Part shown: one piece after another, positions 55,372 through 64,000 of the stretch
How the letters are laid out: every line of letters begins with the position of its first letter
How positions within the stretch are numbered: position 1 is the first letter of the stretch
Origin: Candidatus Delongbacteria bacterium
GTDB taxonomy: Bacteria; CAIWAD01
Direction of reading: 5' to 3'
Length of the DNA stretch: 64,000 nt
Assembly: GCA_963663545.1 (NCBI GenBank)
Contig: OY760505.1
Coordinates: forward strand, 2,848,001 to 2,912,000
Notes under the pieces: model-generated
What the model was told of the DNA's origin: nothing
Seen by the model: the letters and a program-made list of their open reading frames with translations, nothing else
Database searches by the model: none
Made by a program: the position numbers and the translations under genes

Positions 55372-55551
55372 TCGTCTGACCTCTTCGACCTACGTGTCCA
55401 ATTGTGAAGGCTTGCGTCGTCGAGCAGAATGTGAGACAATGAAGGCAACGCACTACTGAACAACCATCGGCTCAGACAGCCGAAGAAGCTGCGACGCTGA
55501 CCCGGAGCGATTTCTTGAGCATCGGCGATTCGTCATGAAGGGAAGGCGGAC

Positions 55552-56901
55552 ATGGACGCCGTGCGACAGCGGCAATCTGCTGAAGAGATGAATCCCACCG
55601 GACTGATTGTCCTGGCGCTGCTTTCAGTGTTTACAGGTGCGGTGATCGGACTGACCATCGGCTACTTCCGTCTGCTGTTGGAGTACGCGGAAAACGCCCG
55701 AAACACATTCATCGCTACGGCACATCGGTGGCCTTTTGGCGGAGCACCACTTGTCATTGCGCTGGTGGCCGGTGCGGTGGCGCTGGCTGCCTGGTTGGTT
55801 CAGCGCACGCGTCAACCCGCCGCAGGCAGCGGGATTCCACACGTCGAAGCCGTCATGGAAGGCAAACTGCCTGCCGCCTCGGTGCTGCTTTTCCCCGTGA
55901 AGTTCATCGGTGGTTTGCTGGCCATCGGCAGCGGACTCGCTCTTGGCCGTGAAGGGCCCAGTGTGCAGATTGGTGCAAATCTGGCCGCCTTCTGGGGCAG
56001 CCGCATTCATCTGCAGCGCGCGGACCGCCTGGCACTCATCGCCGCCGGTGCCGGTGCTGGCTTGGCCACCGCCTTCAATGCGCCCATCGCCGGTGCCGTT
56101 TTCGTGCTGGAAGAGCTGGTGCGCAAGTTCAATACTCGCAACACCATCGCGGCGCTGGGAGCTAGTTGTTCCGCCATTGCCGTTGCCTCGCTGATCATCG
56201 GTCGCCAGCCGGACTTTCAGGCGCACCTGCTGCCGCAACTCAGCGTCTGGACAGGGCCGATTTTCGGCTTGCTGGGCATTCTTGCGGGCCTGGGGGGCAT
56301 TGTCTACAACCGCCTTATCCTTAGCACTTGTGCGCTGATGGATGGCATGACGCGCGTACGTCCTGTGATACGTGCGCTCTGCATCGGTGCTTTGGTGGGA
56401 ACGCTCGCCTGGTTTGCCCCGCGTTTGGTGGGCGGTGGCGATTTCCTCACTCAGCAGGCACTGTCCGGACAGACGGAGTTGGCCGCGCTCAAGGCAATGT
56501 TGCTGATCCTTGCACTCCGTTTCCTGCTGGGGCCATTGTCCTACGCGGCGGGAACTCCCGGCGGACTGTTCGCACCCCTTCTGGTAATTGGCTCCTACCT
56601 GGGGCTGAGTTTCGGCCTGCTGTGCCAGAGCCTCATTGGCAATACCGTCGGTGCGCCAGTTGCCTATGCGGTAGTGGGCATGGCCGCCTTCTTCACAGCC
56701 ACGGTGCGCGCACCCCTTACCGGCATGGTGCTCATCGTCGAACTTACCGGCGTCAACAATCAACTGCTACCCATGCTCTGCGGTTGCTTCGCAGCTATGG
56801 CGGTTCCCACCCTTTTGGGCAGCGCGCCAATTTACGATTCGCTCAAGGTGCGAACTCTGCGCAAGGCAGAGGCGGACTCCCACTCTGGCAGTCTTCGATG
56901 A
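55552..56901 (+). CDS. clcA: CLC H+/Cl- exchange transporter
   Basis: GSGIP, GREGP, FNAPIAGAVFVLEE, GGLFAP, PIY. Confidence 0.9.
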   Translation: MDAVRQRQSAEEMNPTGLIVLALLSVFTGAVIGLTIGYFRLLLEYAENARNTFIATAHRWPFGGAPLVIALVAGAVALAAWLVQRTRQPAAGSGIPHVEAVMEGKLPAASVLLFPVKFIGGLLAIGSGLALGREGPSVQIGANLAAFWGSRIHLQRADRLALIAAGAGAGLATAFNAPIAGAVFVLEELVRKFNTRNTIAALGASCSAIAVASLIIGRQPDFQAHLLPQLSVWTGPIFGLLGILAGLGGIVYNRLILSTCALMDGMTRVRPVIRALCIGALVGTLAWFAPRLVGGGDFLTQQALSGQTELAALKAMLLILALRFLLGPLSYAAGTPGGLFAPLLVIGSYLGLSFGLLCQSLIGNTVGAPVAYAVVGMAAFFTATVRAPLTGMVLIVELTGVNNQLLPMLCGCFAAMAVPTLLGSAPIYDSLKVRTLRKAEADSHSGSLR

Positions 56902-57000
56902 CTCGGCCTTGTGAGTCGAGGATCCTGCGTCGGCATGCCGCTATCAGCGCTTCGTCTGCTTGCGTCTGATCGGCTTTCTCCCTTAGACTCCGACTCGTGA

Positions 57001-58362
57001 TTAGCTTTGAATACGGAGCACTCGTCCCCAACACGGTGGAATATCGAGACTCAAAACACCCTGTCTGCAACTGAAACGTTCGTGTTCATTGAGCCGATCA
57101 ACGGCAATGCTGTCCTTGCAAGAAAGCTGAATGGATACTGCTGTTGGCTGTTCAGATGCGTTGATGGCTACGACCACGTTTTCCTCTTCATGCCTTCGAA
57201 GGAAGACCAGCTGCTCGGCGGCCACGTGCAATTGCTTGTACCCGCCGTGTTGCAGGGCCGACGACTGGTGCCGGATTCGGCTGAAACGGACGATCGATTC
57301 AAACAGATCGGCCCGTCCTCGTCCTCGCAGTTCTGCCAGATGAAGCTCCGGGCGTAGCATCTGATCGCTGTCGGGGTGCTTCTGTCCTTCGATGCCCCAT
57401 TCGCTGCCGTAATACAACGACGGCAATCCAGGCATGCAGAACAGAAGTAGATACAAGGGAAAGAGCTGCTCCTGGCGCTGCAGAATGCTGGCCACACGGC
57501 TAACGTCGTGGTTGTCGGCGAAATTGTATAGGTATAAACCGCGATACAGTCCGCCATCGTCGTCGAAGAGGCGGCTCAGCGAATAGGCAATTTCAAAGCA
57601 GTTACGGTCGTTGAAGCTGGAGTAGAGCCCTTTGTAGCCTTCGTAGTTGGTTGTTGAATGAAGCACCTCGGGATTGGCCCACTGTCTGTAGTCGCCATGT
57701 ATCACCTCGCCCATCAACCAGAAGTCCGGTTTCTGCCCCTTCACAAACGCGGCGAGGCGCCTCATGAATGCTATGTCAAGTACATCGGCAGCATCCAGCC
57801 GTAAACCGTCAATCTCGAATTCCTCAATCCAGAAGCGCACCGCATCGAAGAGATGCTCTTCTACTTGAGGATGAAGGACATTGAGTTTGACCAGATTGTG
57901 GTGTCCATTCCAACCCGCATAAGAGAATGGATCACCGTAGGGGCTGCGCTGCTGGAAGTCCACTCCACAGAACCAGTCTTTGAAGTGCGAATGCTGTAGA
58001 TGCCGTTGAAGATCTTGGAAAGCATAGAATTCGCGACCGACGTGGTGGAAGACGCCATCCAGCACAACTCGAATTTCATTGCGGTGGAACTCATCGATAA
58101 CCTGCTTCAGCGTAAAATTGGTGCCTAGCCGACGATCAAGCTTGAAGTAGTCAATAGTGTCGTATCCGTGAGATTCAGACTCGAAAAGCGGACCCAGATA
58201 AACTGCGCTGATTCCCATCTCTATAAGGTGTGGAATCCATGTGCACACCCGTGTCAGAATTGCAGATGAAGCCAGGCTCAGGTTGTTGTGCGTCGGAGCT
58301 CCACAGAGTCCGAGAGGATAGATGTGATAGAAAATCGACTCTTCGTACCAGGCGTGGTGCAT
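57001..58362 (-). CDS. GH13 alpha-amylase family glycosidase (cyclomaltodextrinase/neopullulanase-like)
   Basis: HGYDT, DGVFHH, DGLRLDAA, GEVIHG, DNHD; AAGGAG SD. Confidence 0.92.
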   Translation of the reverse strand: MHHAWYEESIFYHIYPLGLCGAPTHNNLSLASSAILTRVCTWIPHLIEMGISAVYLGPLFESESHGYDTIDYFKLDRRLGTNFTLKQVIDEFHRNEIRVVLDGVFHHVGREFYAFQDLQRHLQHSHFKDWFCGVDFQQRSPYGDPFSYAGWNGHHNLVKLNVLHPQVEEHLFDAVRFWIEEFEIDGLRLDAADVLDIAFMRRLAAFVKGQKPDFWLMGEVIHGDYRQWANPEVLHSTTNYEGYKGLYSSFNDRNCFEIAYSLSRLFDDDGGLYRGLYLYNFADNHDVSRVASILQRQEQLFPLYLLLFCMPGLPSLYYGSEWGIEGQKHPDSDQMLRPELHLAELRGRGRADLFESIVRFSRIRHQSSALQHGGYKQLHVAAEQLVFLRRHEEENVVVAINASEQPTAVSIQLSCKDSIAVDRLNEHERFSCRQGVLSLDIPPCWGRVLRIQS

Positions 58363-58382
58363 GAGGTTCTCCTTGATTATAC

Positions 58383-58397
58383 ATACCGATAGGTATA
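58383..58397. promoter_or_regulatory. Putative TetR operator upstream of the GH13 gene
   Basis: ATACC-GATA-GGTAT palindrome, identical to the site at 59045. Confidence 0.75.
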
Positions 58398-58468
58398 GAT
58401 GTTTATCAAACAAAAGGCTCGAGTTGTCTTCCGCTGCAGAGCAACGGGAGTCAGCACGAGCCTGGGTT

Positions 58469-59035
58469 CTAAGAGAAAATGCCGTACATGTACTGCTGAC
58501 AGGCGATGTAGGCGCGCTCGTCGTCCAAGGGAATTAGATCGTAGAAGTAGGTCGTGATGTATGCGTTGATCATTCCGAGGAATGTGATCGCATAGCGAGC
58601 ACTACGCCCACGCATGTTTCCGTGGTCCCCTTCTGCACTTCGAAAGACGGCTTCCAGCTTGGCGTATTGGCTCTCCACGAAAGGAAGGACGCTTCTACGG
58701 GCCTCGCTTTGCTCAGACGAGAACATCAGGGACAAGGCGAATCGATAGAGATCGGGTGAGGCGGTTGAGAATTGAAAATAGGCTTTGACAATGCTTTGCA
58801 ATGTGAATGTGATATCTCCGTGGTAGACGGTAATTCTGGAAAGTTCCTCAAGAAATGGATCGTAGTGCTGTGCCAGCAAGGTCGCGAGCAGTCCCTGTTT
58901 GCTCTCGAAATAATGATACAGTGTCGGCTTCTTGACCCCCACAGCCTCAACAATTCTCTGGATACCGACGTTTTCGTACCCGTGTGCCGCGAATAAGCTC
59001 AGTGCAGCTGCCAGCATTTCGTCTCGTTTACTCAT
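58469..59035 (-). CDS. TetR/AcrR-family transcriptional regulator
   Basis: AALSLFAAHGY...IVEAVGVKKPTLYHYFESKQGL. Confidence 0.95.
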   Translation of the reverse strand: MSKRDEMLAAALSLFAAHGYENVGIQRIVEAVGVKKPTLYHYFESKQGLLATLLAQHYDPFLEELSRITVYHGDITFTLQSIVKAYFQFSTASPDLYRFALSLMFSSEQSEARRSVLPFVESQYAKLEAVFRSAEGDHGNMRGRSARYAITFLGMINAYITTYFYDLIPLDDERAYIACQQYMYGIFS

Positions 59036-59041
59036 GTCTCA

Positions 59042-59070
59042 AGTATACCGATAGGTATACTATCTGTCAA
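59042..59070 (-). promoter_or_regulatory. tetR promoter (TTGACA-N17-TATACT) with overlapping operator GTATACCGATAGGTATAC
   Basis: Consensus hexamers at 59070-65 and 59047-42; ATG begins 7 nt after the -10 box. Confidence 0.8.
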
Positions 59071-59129
59071 GCACTCAGCTCTCCGAATGCACGCTCTTCC
59101 TAAGATATCGCAGATATAAATGACTTGCG

Positions 59130-59166
59130 TAAGGAAATCCCTTATGCCAATTCAGGGAATCCCCGA
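59130..59166. promoter_or_regulatory. Tandem semi-palindromic operator upstream of amt
   Basis: TAAGG-AAATC-CCTTA and TCAGG-GAATC-CCCGA, 22 bp apart. Confidence 0.55.
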
Positions 59167-59248
59167 TTGAAGCGGGAGGGTTCTAATGAGATTTTTGTAA
59201 CACGAAATTCCCCTACACCACGGATGGGATCCGAACCAAGGAGTGATA

Positions 59249-60463
59249 ATGTTCGAAACTGGTAACACTGGGTTCATGCTTGTCGCCACTTCGCTGGTGA
59301 TGCTGATGACTCCTGGTCTGGCCTTCTTCTACGGAGGACTGGTCGGCCGTCGGAACGTGCTCTCGATCATGATCCAGAGCTTCGTCTCTATGGGCGTAAC
59401 CACCATTCTATGGTACGCCGTTGGCTTCTCCCTTTGCTTCAGCGGAGGCGAAGGCGGGATTATTGGCAACCTCGACTGGGCCTTCCTGCGTGGAATCGGA
59501 CCCGACACGGCCTTTGGCGACGGTGCCATTCCCATGTATGTGTTCATCGCCTATCAAATGATGTTCGCCATCATTACTCCGGCGCTGATCACGGGCGCGT
59601 TCTCCAATCGCGTTCGCTTCCCGGCTTACCTGGTCTTCCTGGTACTCTGGCACCTGCTGGTCTACTTCCCCTTCGTGCACATGATCTGGGGCGGTGGCAT
59701 TCTGGCCAAGTGGGGCGTGTTGGACTTTGCCGGTGGCATTGCCGTGCACAACATCGCGGGTATGGCCGCGCTGGCTTCGGTGCTCTTTGTGGGCCGTCGC
59801 CGTGTTGAAGATCCGCAGCCGCACAGCATTCCGCTTGTGGCCCTGGGAACCGGTCTGCTCTGGTTCGGCTGGTACGGCTTCAACGCCGGTAGCGAGCTGG
59901 CCGTGGACAGTATCACCTGCCTGGCCTTCCTGAACACCGACATCGCCGCTTCCTTCGCCGCCATCACTTGGCTGCTGATCGAATGGACCGGCACCCGCAA
60001 GCCCAAGTTCGTCGGCCTGCTCACCGGTGCTGTGGCTGGTCTGGCCACCATCACCCCGGCAGCCGCTTTCGTGTCCCCCGCCAGTGCCGCCATCATCGGC
60101 GTGTCTGCTGGTGTGGTCTGCTATGGCGCCGTCAGCCTGAAGAACAAGCTGCGTTGGGATGACGCTCTCGATGTGTGGGGCGTCCACGGTGTGGGCGGTG
60201 CCTTGGGTATCGTCATGCTGGGTCTGTTGGGCTCCACCGCGATCAACGCGAACGGCGCCGACGGCCTCTTCTTTGGCGGCAGCGCTTTCTTTGGAAAGCA
60301 GATCGCGGCCATCGTGATTTCGAGTATCTATGCCTTTGCCTTTACCTATGGGATGCTGTGGGTGATCAATCTGATCACGCCGGTTCGTACCAGCGATGCC
60401 GAAGAGAGCCTGCTGGACGAGTCCTTGCACGGTGAGAGCGCTTACGAGACCCATGCCCTCTAA
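59249..60463 (+). CDS. amtB: Ammonium transporter
   Basis: LMTPGLAFFYGG, YQMMFAIIT, DFAGG.AVH, WFGWYGFN, DDALDVWGVHG, HGESAY. Confidence 0.95.
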   Translation: MFETGNTGFMLVATSLVMLMTPGLAFFYGGLVGRRNVLSIMIQSFVSMGVTTILWYAVGFSLCFSGGEGGIIGNLDWAFLRGIGPDTAFGDGAIPMYVFIAYQMMFAIITPALITGAFSNRVRFPAYLVFLVLWHLLVYFPFVHMIWGGGILAKWGVLDFAGGIAVHNIAGMAALASVLFVGRRRVEDPQPHSIPLVALGTGLLWFGWYGFNAGSELAVDSITCLAFLNTDIAASFAAITWLLIEWTGTRKPKFVGLLTGAVAGLATITPAAAFVSPASAAIIGVSAGVVCYGAVSLKNKLRWDDALDVWGVHGVGGALGIVMLGLLGSTAINANGADGLFFGGSAFFGKQIAAIVISSIYAFAFTYGMLWVINLITPVRTSDAEESLLDESLHGESAYETHAL

Positions 60464-60473
60464 GGAGAAGACA

Positions 60474-61541
60474 ATGCGTACTGCTTTGATGACCATGCTG
60501 CTTGCGGGCAGCGCCCTGGCCCAGGTTAATATCAACGGCTTCGTAGATGCCAGTGTCGGCTATTGCCCTGATCCGCAGGAGCTGGGCTTCAGCATGGACC
60601 AGGTGGAGCTTGACATTACCCGCACCAATGACAATGGCCTCACGTTGCGTGCCGACCTGGAGTTTGTCGACGATGGTGAAGGCGGCTGGGATGCTGCTGT
60701 GGAGCAGGGCTTCATGAATCTCGCATTGCCTCTGCCCGTTGAGAGCAAGCTGACTTTCGGTCGCTTCAATGCGCCCATCGGCTTCGAGTGCCTGGATGCG
60801 CCGGACATGTACCAGTACAGCCACGCGCTGGTCTTCGACTATGGTCTGCCCACCAACTACACCGGTGGGATGCTGGACCTGGCCCTGACTCCGCAGCTGA
60901 ATCTGGCACTGATTCTGGCCAACGCCTGGGACGCCAACACCGAAACCGACATGGAAAAGACCTTTGGCGGACGCCTGAGTGCCAGCTTTGGTGACCTGAA
61001 CATCGGTCTTTCCTGGATCGTGGATCCGGAGCTTCAGTCTTCGGAAATCATGATTGATCCTGAGGATGGTTCCGAGGTCGAGATTGTCACGGAAGACAAT
61101 AGCCAGACGGTGTTTGACATCGATGTCGCCTACACCATGAACGCGCTGACCCTGGGGGCCGAGTACAACATGGGCACCTATACTGATGCCGCCGATGAGG
61201 ATTACTCCTGGAGCGGCTTCCTGGTCATGGGCCACTACGATTTCAACGATTTCATGGGTCTGACGCTGCGCTACGACATGTTTGACGATGGCGACAATGT
61301 GCGGGTTGATCCCAATGAAGTGGGAATGTCTGCGGGTAATGGATTCACCTATAGTGCCATCACCATTGCACCCACCTTCGTTCTGGGCGAGAACATGGGC
61401 GCCGTCCTCGAGTTCCGCATGGACACGGTTGACAAAGAGATCTGGCAGACCGACGACAGCGTAGAGCTGGAAGACGGCACCATCACTGATCTGACGGATA
61501 CGAAGCTCAGCATTGCTTTAGAGCTGACGTACACATTCTAA
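60474..61541 (+). CDS. Outer-membrane beta-barrel porin
   Basis: AAGGAG SD, signal peptide, GRFNAPIGFE, amphipathic strands, C-terminal YTF. Confidence 0.8.
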   Translation: MRTALMTMLLAGSALAQVNINGFVDASVGYCPDPQELGFSMDQVELDITRTNDNGLTLRADLEFVDDGEGGWDAAVEQGFMNLALPLPVESKLTFGRFNAPIGFECLDAPDMYQYSHALVFDYGLPTNYTGGMLDLALTPQLNLALILANAWDANTETDMEKTFGGRLSASFGDLNIGLSWIVDPELQSSEIMIDPEDGSEVEIVTEDNSQTVFDIDVAYTMNALTLGAEYNMGTYTDAADEDYSWSGFLVMGHYDFNDFMGLTLRYDMFDDGDNVRVDPNEVGMSAGNGFTYSAITIAPTFVLGENMGAVLEFRMDTVDKEIWQTDDSVELEDGTITDLTDTKLSIALELTYTF

Positions 61542-61625
61542 TCCTCCCACTTGAGCCTGCTTCGGCAGGGCTCGAGTTCCGTGGGTCTGTCGATCCTTCA
61601 ATTGCAGGGGAATGGATCGGCAAGG

Positions 61626-61658
61626 AAGAGCCTGTCGCAAGACGGGCTCTTTTCTTTT
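61626..61658 (+). terminator. Intrinsic terminator after amt-porin
   Basis: AAGAGCCTGTC-GCAA-GACGGGCTCTT-TTCTTTT. Confidence 0.75.
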
Positions 61659-61745
61659 GTGTCACCGTGCTACAGAGGACACATTTGTGATCCAGCATGC
61701 TCTTCCTTAGCCTGAAGGGTGAAGTGAACACAATCCGGAAGATCG

Positions 61746-62366
61746 ATGGAAAGCGTGCTCAAATCCCTCTCCCTGTTGCTGGTTCTACTCAATCCCTTTC
61801 TGGTGGTCGTGTACCTGGTTGATGTGCTGGAGAAGCTCCCTGCCGCCAAATTCGGTCGCGTCCTGGCGCGTGCGGGCTTGATCGCCGGTGCGGTATTCTG
61901 CGCTTTCGCGGTGTTGGGGGATGCCATCTTTACCGAAGTGATGCAGGCCGAATTCGCCTCTTTCCAAATCTTTGGTGGTCTGGTTTTCCTACTTATTGCG
62001 TTCCAATTCGTGTTTCGAGGCCCACGGGCCATCGAGATTCTGCGCGGTGAGAGCGAGCACATTGCCGGTGCCATCGCCATGCCGATTCTCATCGGACCGG
62101 GAACCATCAGCGCTAGCGTGCTGGTGGGACAACGGCACAATCCATTGGCGGCATGCCTGGTGGTGCTGTGTGCTGTTGGCATTTCCCTGCTTGTCATGAT
62201 CCTGCTCAAGCTGCTGCACGACTACGTGCGCCCACGCAATGAAGGGCTGATACAACGCTACATCGAGATTGCCGGACGTATCACGGCACTCCTGGTGGGC
62301 ACGATCTCCATCGAGATGATCGTGCAGGGCGTCCATAGTTGGGTGAGCAAGTTTCTGGGCGCGTGA
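61746..62366 (+). CDS. MarC-family membrane protein
   Basis: LLNPF, FQIFGG, PILIGPGTIS. Confidence 0.88.
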   Translation: MESVLKSLSLLLVLLNPFLVVVYLVDVLEKLPAAKFGRVLARAGLIAGAVFCAFAVLGDAIFTEVMQAEFASFQIFGGLVFLLIAFQFVFRGPRAIEILRGESEHIAGAIAMPILIGPGTISASVLVGQRHNPLAACLVVLCAVGISLLVMILLKLLHDYVRPRNEGLIQRYIEIAGRITALLVGTISIEMIVQGVHSWVSKFLGA

Positions 62367-62514
62367 TACGTGTTCGGCCAAAGGGATACGTTTAACACCG
62401 ACGCTTTGCGGCGCTACGCCTTTTGCTTGTTATCTTTGAACCGTTCTACGATGGATCTGATTCTTGCACTGCCCGCAATCTGTGATACAATTTGTGTTTG
62501 CCAAGAGGTGCCGC

Positions 62515-62922
62515 ATGCCAGTTCGCGTCGTTGTGAAGCAGGAGTTGGACCTGACGCAGTTCATCGTTGAAGGCGAATTCGCCTTTGAAGCGCAGATGGA
62601 GACCTTGCGTGCTTTCTATGAGGGGGAATACACGCACAACGTTCTGTGGGATCTGCGCACCTACACCGGCGAGCGCATTTCGTCACGCCAGTTGCAGCGT
62701 ATGGTGACCTATTTTGTGGATCACACGGACAAGCGTGCGGGAGGCAAAACGGCCATGGTGGTGCAAAACGATTTGGATTACGGGCTGGCGCGAATGGGAT
62801 CTGCCATTGCGGAAGTGAGCCAGTACCGCTGCGAGTTCGCCGTGTTCCGCACGTGCGAGGATGCGATGGATTGGCTAGCCGGCGCCCCCGGCACACGCAA
62901 ACCACCCTCCCTGTTCCAATAG
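62515..62922 (+). CDS. Hypothetical STAS/SpoIIAA-like protein
   Basis: AAGAGG SD; VLWDLR, KTAMVV..DLDYGLARM, FRTCEDAMDWL. Confidence 0.7.
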   Translation: MPVRVVVKQELDLTQFIVEGEFAFEAQMETLRAFYEGEYTHNVLWDLRTYTGERISSRQLQRMVTYFVDHTDKRAGGKTAMVVQNDLDYGLARMGSAIAEVSQYRCEFAVFRTCEDAMDWLAGAPGTRKPPSLFQ

Positions 62923-62945
62923 CCTTTGATCGTTTTTGTGATACA

Positions 62946-62972
62946 AAACGCCCCGTGTGATACGGGGCGTTT
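62946..62972. terminator. Terminator hairpin with GTGATAC at the loop
   Basis: AAACGCCCCGT-GTGAT-ACGGGGCGTTT. Confidence 0.7.
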
Positions 62973-63229
62973 ATTGTATACGAGTGAAGCGGCAGAGGCA
63001 AGTGGTATTCCTTACTGAAAGCCTGGAAAGGCCAAGATGTAAATCCAGGTACTAGCCTGAGGCATAGGGGGCGGGGAAATTGCTCGATCAATTATTACAT
63101 CGTGAATATTAATACGCGACCAGTAAATAAAAATGCTGAAAACAAATGATAATTCCATACTTGGCATTGACACAACGCGGCGGGAGTCCTAAATTGCAAG
63201 CCTGTTCGATCATGCGGATGAAATAGGTG

Positions 63230-64000
63230 ATGGATGGGCTCCAACCGGCACAGCCGGTGACGCAAACGGACAAACGTACGTTCTCTATCGAGCTTGCCTA
63301 CAATGGTGCGGCTTTTTTTGGTTGGCAGATGCAGCCGGGCACGCGCACCGTTCAAGGCGAAGTGAGAAGCTGGGTAGAACAGATCCTGAACCAGCCGGTA
63401 AATCTGGTGGGTGCGGGTCGAACCGATCGTGGCGTTCATGCGATGGCTTCGCTAGCCACTTTTGAAGCCTCCACTGCTATGCAGCCCATTCGTCTTGAAA
63501 AAGCCCTGCGTCGCGTGTTGCCGCAGGATATTTTTGTTCGCGCGGTCCGCGAGCGCCCCATGGGCTTTTCGGCCCGGTTCAGCGCCCGTGCCCGTGAGTA
63601 CGAGTACCGCATGCACCTGGGGCCCGATCCTTTTCAGCTGGGCCTGGCATGGTGTCTTGGGTACCGCCATTTGGATGTAGAGCGTATGCGGCGCAGTCTT
63701 GAACCGCTGAAAGGGCGTCTCGACTGCCGCGCCTTCTGCATCAGCAAAAGTCTGCCACCAACGGCCTGGTGCGATTTTCACCACATCGGACTGGAAGAGG
63801 TCGGTGGCAGCGGAGAAAGTGCGCTGCATTTTGTCGTGCGCTGCGACCGTTTTCTGCATTCCATGGTGCGCAGTCTGGTGGGCACTTTGGTTGATGTGGG
63901 ACGCGGGCGTCTTGAGGAAGGCATTTTTGCGGAGCTGATTGCCACGGGCGACCGCAGCCGCATTGGAGTAACTGCCCCGCCGGAGGGCTTGTACCTACGG
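63230..64000 (+). CDS. truA: tRNA pseudouridine(38-40) synthase, partial (runs off the window)
   Basis: Manual translation: ELAYNGAAFFGWQMQP...TVQGE...GAGRTDRGVHA...FSARFSARAREYEY...FLHSMVRSLVG...TAPPEGLYL. Start could be GTG 63257. Confidence 0.93.
   Translation, partial: MDGLQPAQPVTQTDKRTFSIELAYNGAAFFGWQMQPGTRTVQGEVRSWVEQILNQPVNLVGAGRTDRGVHAMASLATFEASTAMQPIRLEKALRRVLPQDIFVRAVRERPMGFSARFSARAREYEYRMHLGPDPFQLGLAWCLGYRHLDVERMRRSLEPLKGRLDCRAFCISKSLPPTAWCDFHHIGLEEVGGSGESALHFVVRCDRFLHSMVRSLVGTLVDVGRGRLEEGIFAELIATGDRSRIGVTAPPEGLYLR

Noticed and set aside
55372..56901. Fluoride riboswitch / CLC-F exporter
   Set aside because: The protein has the GSGIP and GREGP chloride-type motifs, and there is no fluoride-riboswitch consensus upstream.

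Overview
This is a bacterial chromosomal segment. The Por/T9SS-type C-terminal sorting domains and the gene order suggest an FCB-superphylum lineage, but that is inference. It holds a core translation/transcription block (leuS, five tRNAs, tuf-rpmG-secE-nusG-rplKAJL-rpoBC, partial truA). Around it are secreted/surface proteins, two ECF sigma loci, two-component systems, ABC/TauE/CLC/Amt transporters and a TetR-GH13 pair. I found no CRISPR array, prophage, integrase or transposase. The most striking unexplained signal is a degenerate palindromic heptamer, GTRWYAC (mostly GTGATAC/GTATCAC). It occurs about 3 times per kb inside genes and intergenic DNA but falls to about chance level in the highly expressed tuf-rpoC block, resembling HIP1. 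Other highlights are a translationally coupled SET methyltransferase and atypical fold-III PLP enzyme downstream of a 6S-like RNA, three sigma-54 promoters in front of secreted proteins, a TonB-ECF-anti-sigma-TonB operon, and several operator/repeat arrays. All calls are made by eye from motifs; no database searches were run.
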